Positions 63,452-64,000 of a DNA stretch of 64,000 nucleotides are shown piece by piece. The position numbers were made by a program, and so were the translations under genes. This DNA is from Patescibacteria group bacterium (GTDB taxonomy: Bacteria; Patescibacteriota; Patescibacteriia; JBDRGY01). The notes below the pieces were generated by a model. The model saw only the letters and a list, made by a program, of their open reading frames with translations. It did no database searches and was not told where the DNA came from. Where the stretch lies: the NCBI GenBank assembly GCA_043817315.1, contig JBDRGY010000002.1:1046-65045 (forward strand), read 5' to 3'. Numbering within the stretch: position 1 is the first letter of the stretch; each line of letters opens with the position of its first letter.

Positions 63452-64000
63452 AAAGGAGGTGATCCATCCACAGCTTCCGCTACGGATGCCTTGTTACGAC
63501 TTCGTCCCTATTATCGATCCTACCTTCGGCCCAGTAAACTGGGACTTCGGGTATTACCGACTCTCTTGACGTGACGGGCGGTGTGTACAAAACCCGAGAA
63601 CGTATTCAACGCGCCGTGGCTGATGCGCGTTTACTAGTGATTCCAGCTTCATGAGGTCGAGTTTCAGACCTCAATCCGAACTGAGACTAGGTTTGATGGG
63701 ATTAGCTCCACGTTACCGTTTCGCAAGACCCATTGTTACTAGCCATTGTAGCACGTGTGTCGCCCAGGGCGTCAGAGGACCATGCTGATCTGACGTCATC
63801 CCTTCCTTCCTCCCCCTTAAAGGGGGCAGTCTGACATGAACAATTTAACATATCACAGGGGTTGCGCTCGTTTCCGGACTTAACCGTACATCTCACGACA
63901 CGAGCTGACGACGACCATGCAGCACCTGTCACTAGGCTCCTTTGCAGGCACATTCTCCTTTCGGTGAATTTCCTAGGATGTCAAGCCCTGGTAAGGTTTC
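63452..64000 (-). rRNA. 16S rRNA, 3' terminal ~550 nt; the gene continues beyond the right window edge
   Basis: The minus strand ends ...GGATCACCTCCTTTC (anti-SD). Universal blocks are present: AAGTCGTAACAAGGCATCCGTAGC, TTGTACACACCGCCCGTCA, CAACGAGCGCAACCCC. Confidence 0.95.

Noticed and set aside
1-64000. CRISPR arrays, transposases, integrases, reverse transcriptases, restriction-modification or other recognisable defence genes
   Set aside because: I looked for regularly spaced direct repeats and for the usual catalytic motifs in the ORF set and found none. The repeats present are protein-module repeats and tRNA-associated inverted repeats.

Overview
This is a gene-dense, AT-leaning bacterial window with the look of a small-genome Candidate Phyla Radiation / Patescibacteria-type organism. 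All calls come from reading the sequence and the supplied ORF track; no searches or computations were run, and the lineage guess is inference.

Layout:
- 1-17813 (minus strand): three tandem paralogous giant membrane-anchored surface proteins (>=1225 aa partial, 1688 aa, 2972 aa), diverging from an orphan pilT.
- 18.4-30 kb: pilT, then mainly minus-strand housekeeping genes (HU, ymdB, rny, clpP, DHH phosphoesterase, rbfA, infB, bactofilin), plus a presenilin-like protease and an SPFH protein.
- 30-64 kb: a redox/metal block (csoR, trxA, trxB, gdh), then adk, rnhB, nusA, a membrane pyrophosphatase, plsC, tig, nfo, a SET-domain protein, two IMPases, UDG and two GT39-like glycosyltransferases, then plsY.
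- 63452-64000 (minus): the 3' part of a 16S rRNA that is followed by a terminator and plsY, not by a 23S gene.

I read 13 complete tRNA genes, none of which is in the ORF track.

The most unusual signal is at the tRNA loci. Two loci (Ala-GGC at 31708-31891 and Phe-GAA at 60031-60284) look like a tRNA gene interrupted by a stem-closed insert that itself holds a complete tRNA with the same anticodon. Two further loci (Ala-CGC near 30.5 kb and Ile-GAT near 62 kb) carry tRNA fragments around a complete tRNA, bracketed by a shared GC-rich inverted-repeat motif that shows one compensatory change between the two copies.

Other points worth a second look:
- two small GIY-YIG genes wedged against tRNAs, each with a long hairpin
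- an ORF with an in-frame TAA and H-Y-E ADP-ribosyltransferase-like motifs
- a 26-aa hydrophobic peptide gene whose Shine-Dalgarno sits in a hairpin
- G+C-rich single-gene units, including adk, that share one promoter module
- CsoR-type operators in front of an unknown membrane protein
- a CDP-archaeol-synthase-like protein

No CRISPR array, transposase, integrase or reverse transcriptase was seen.
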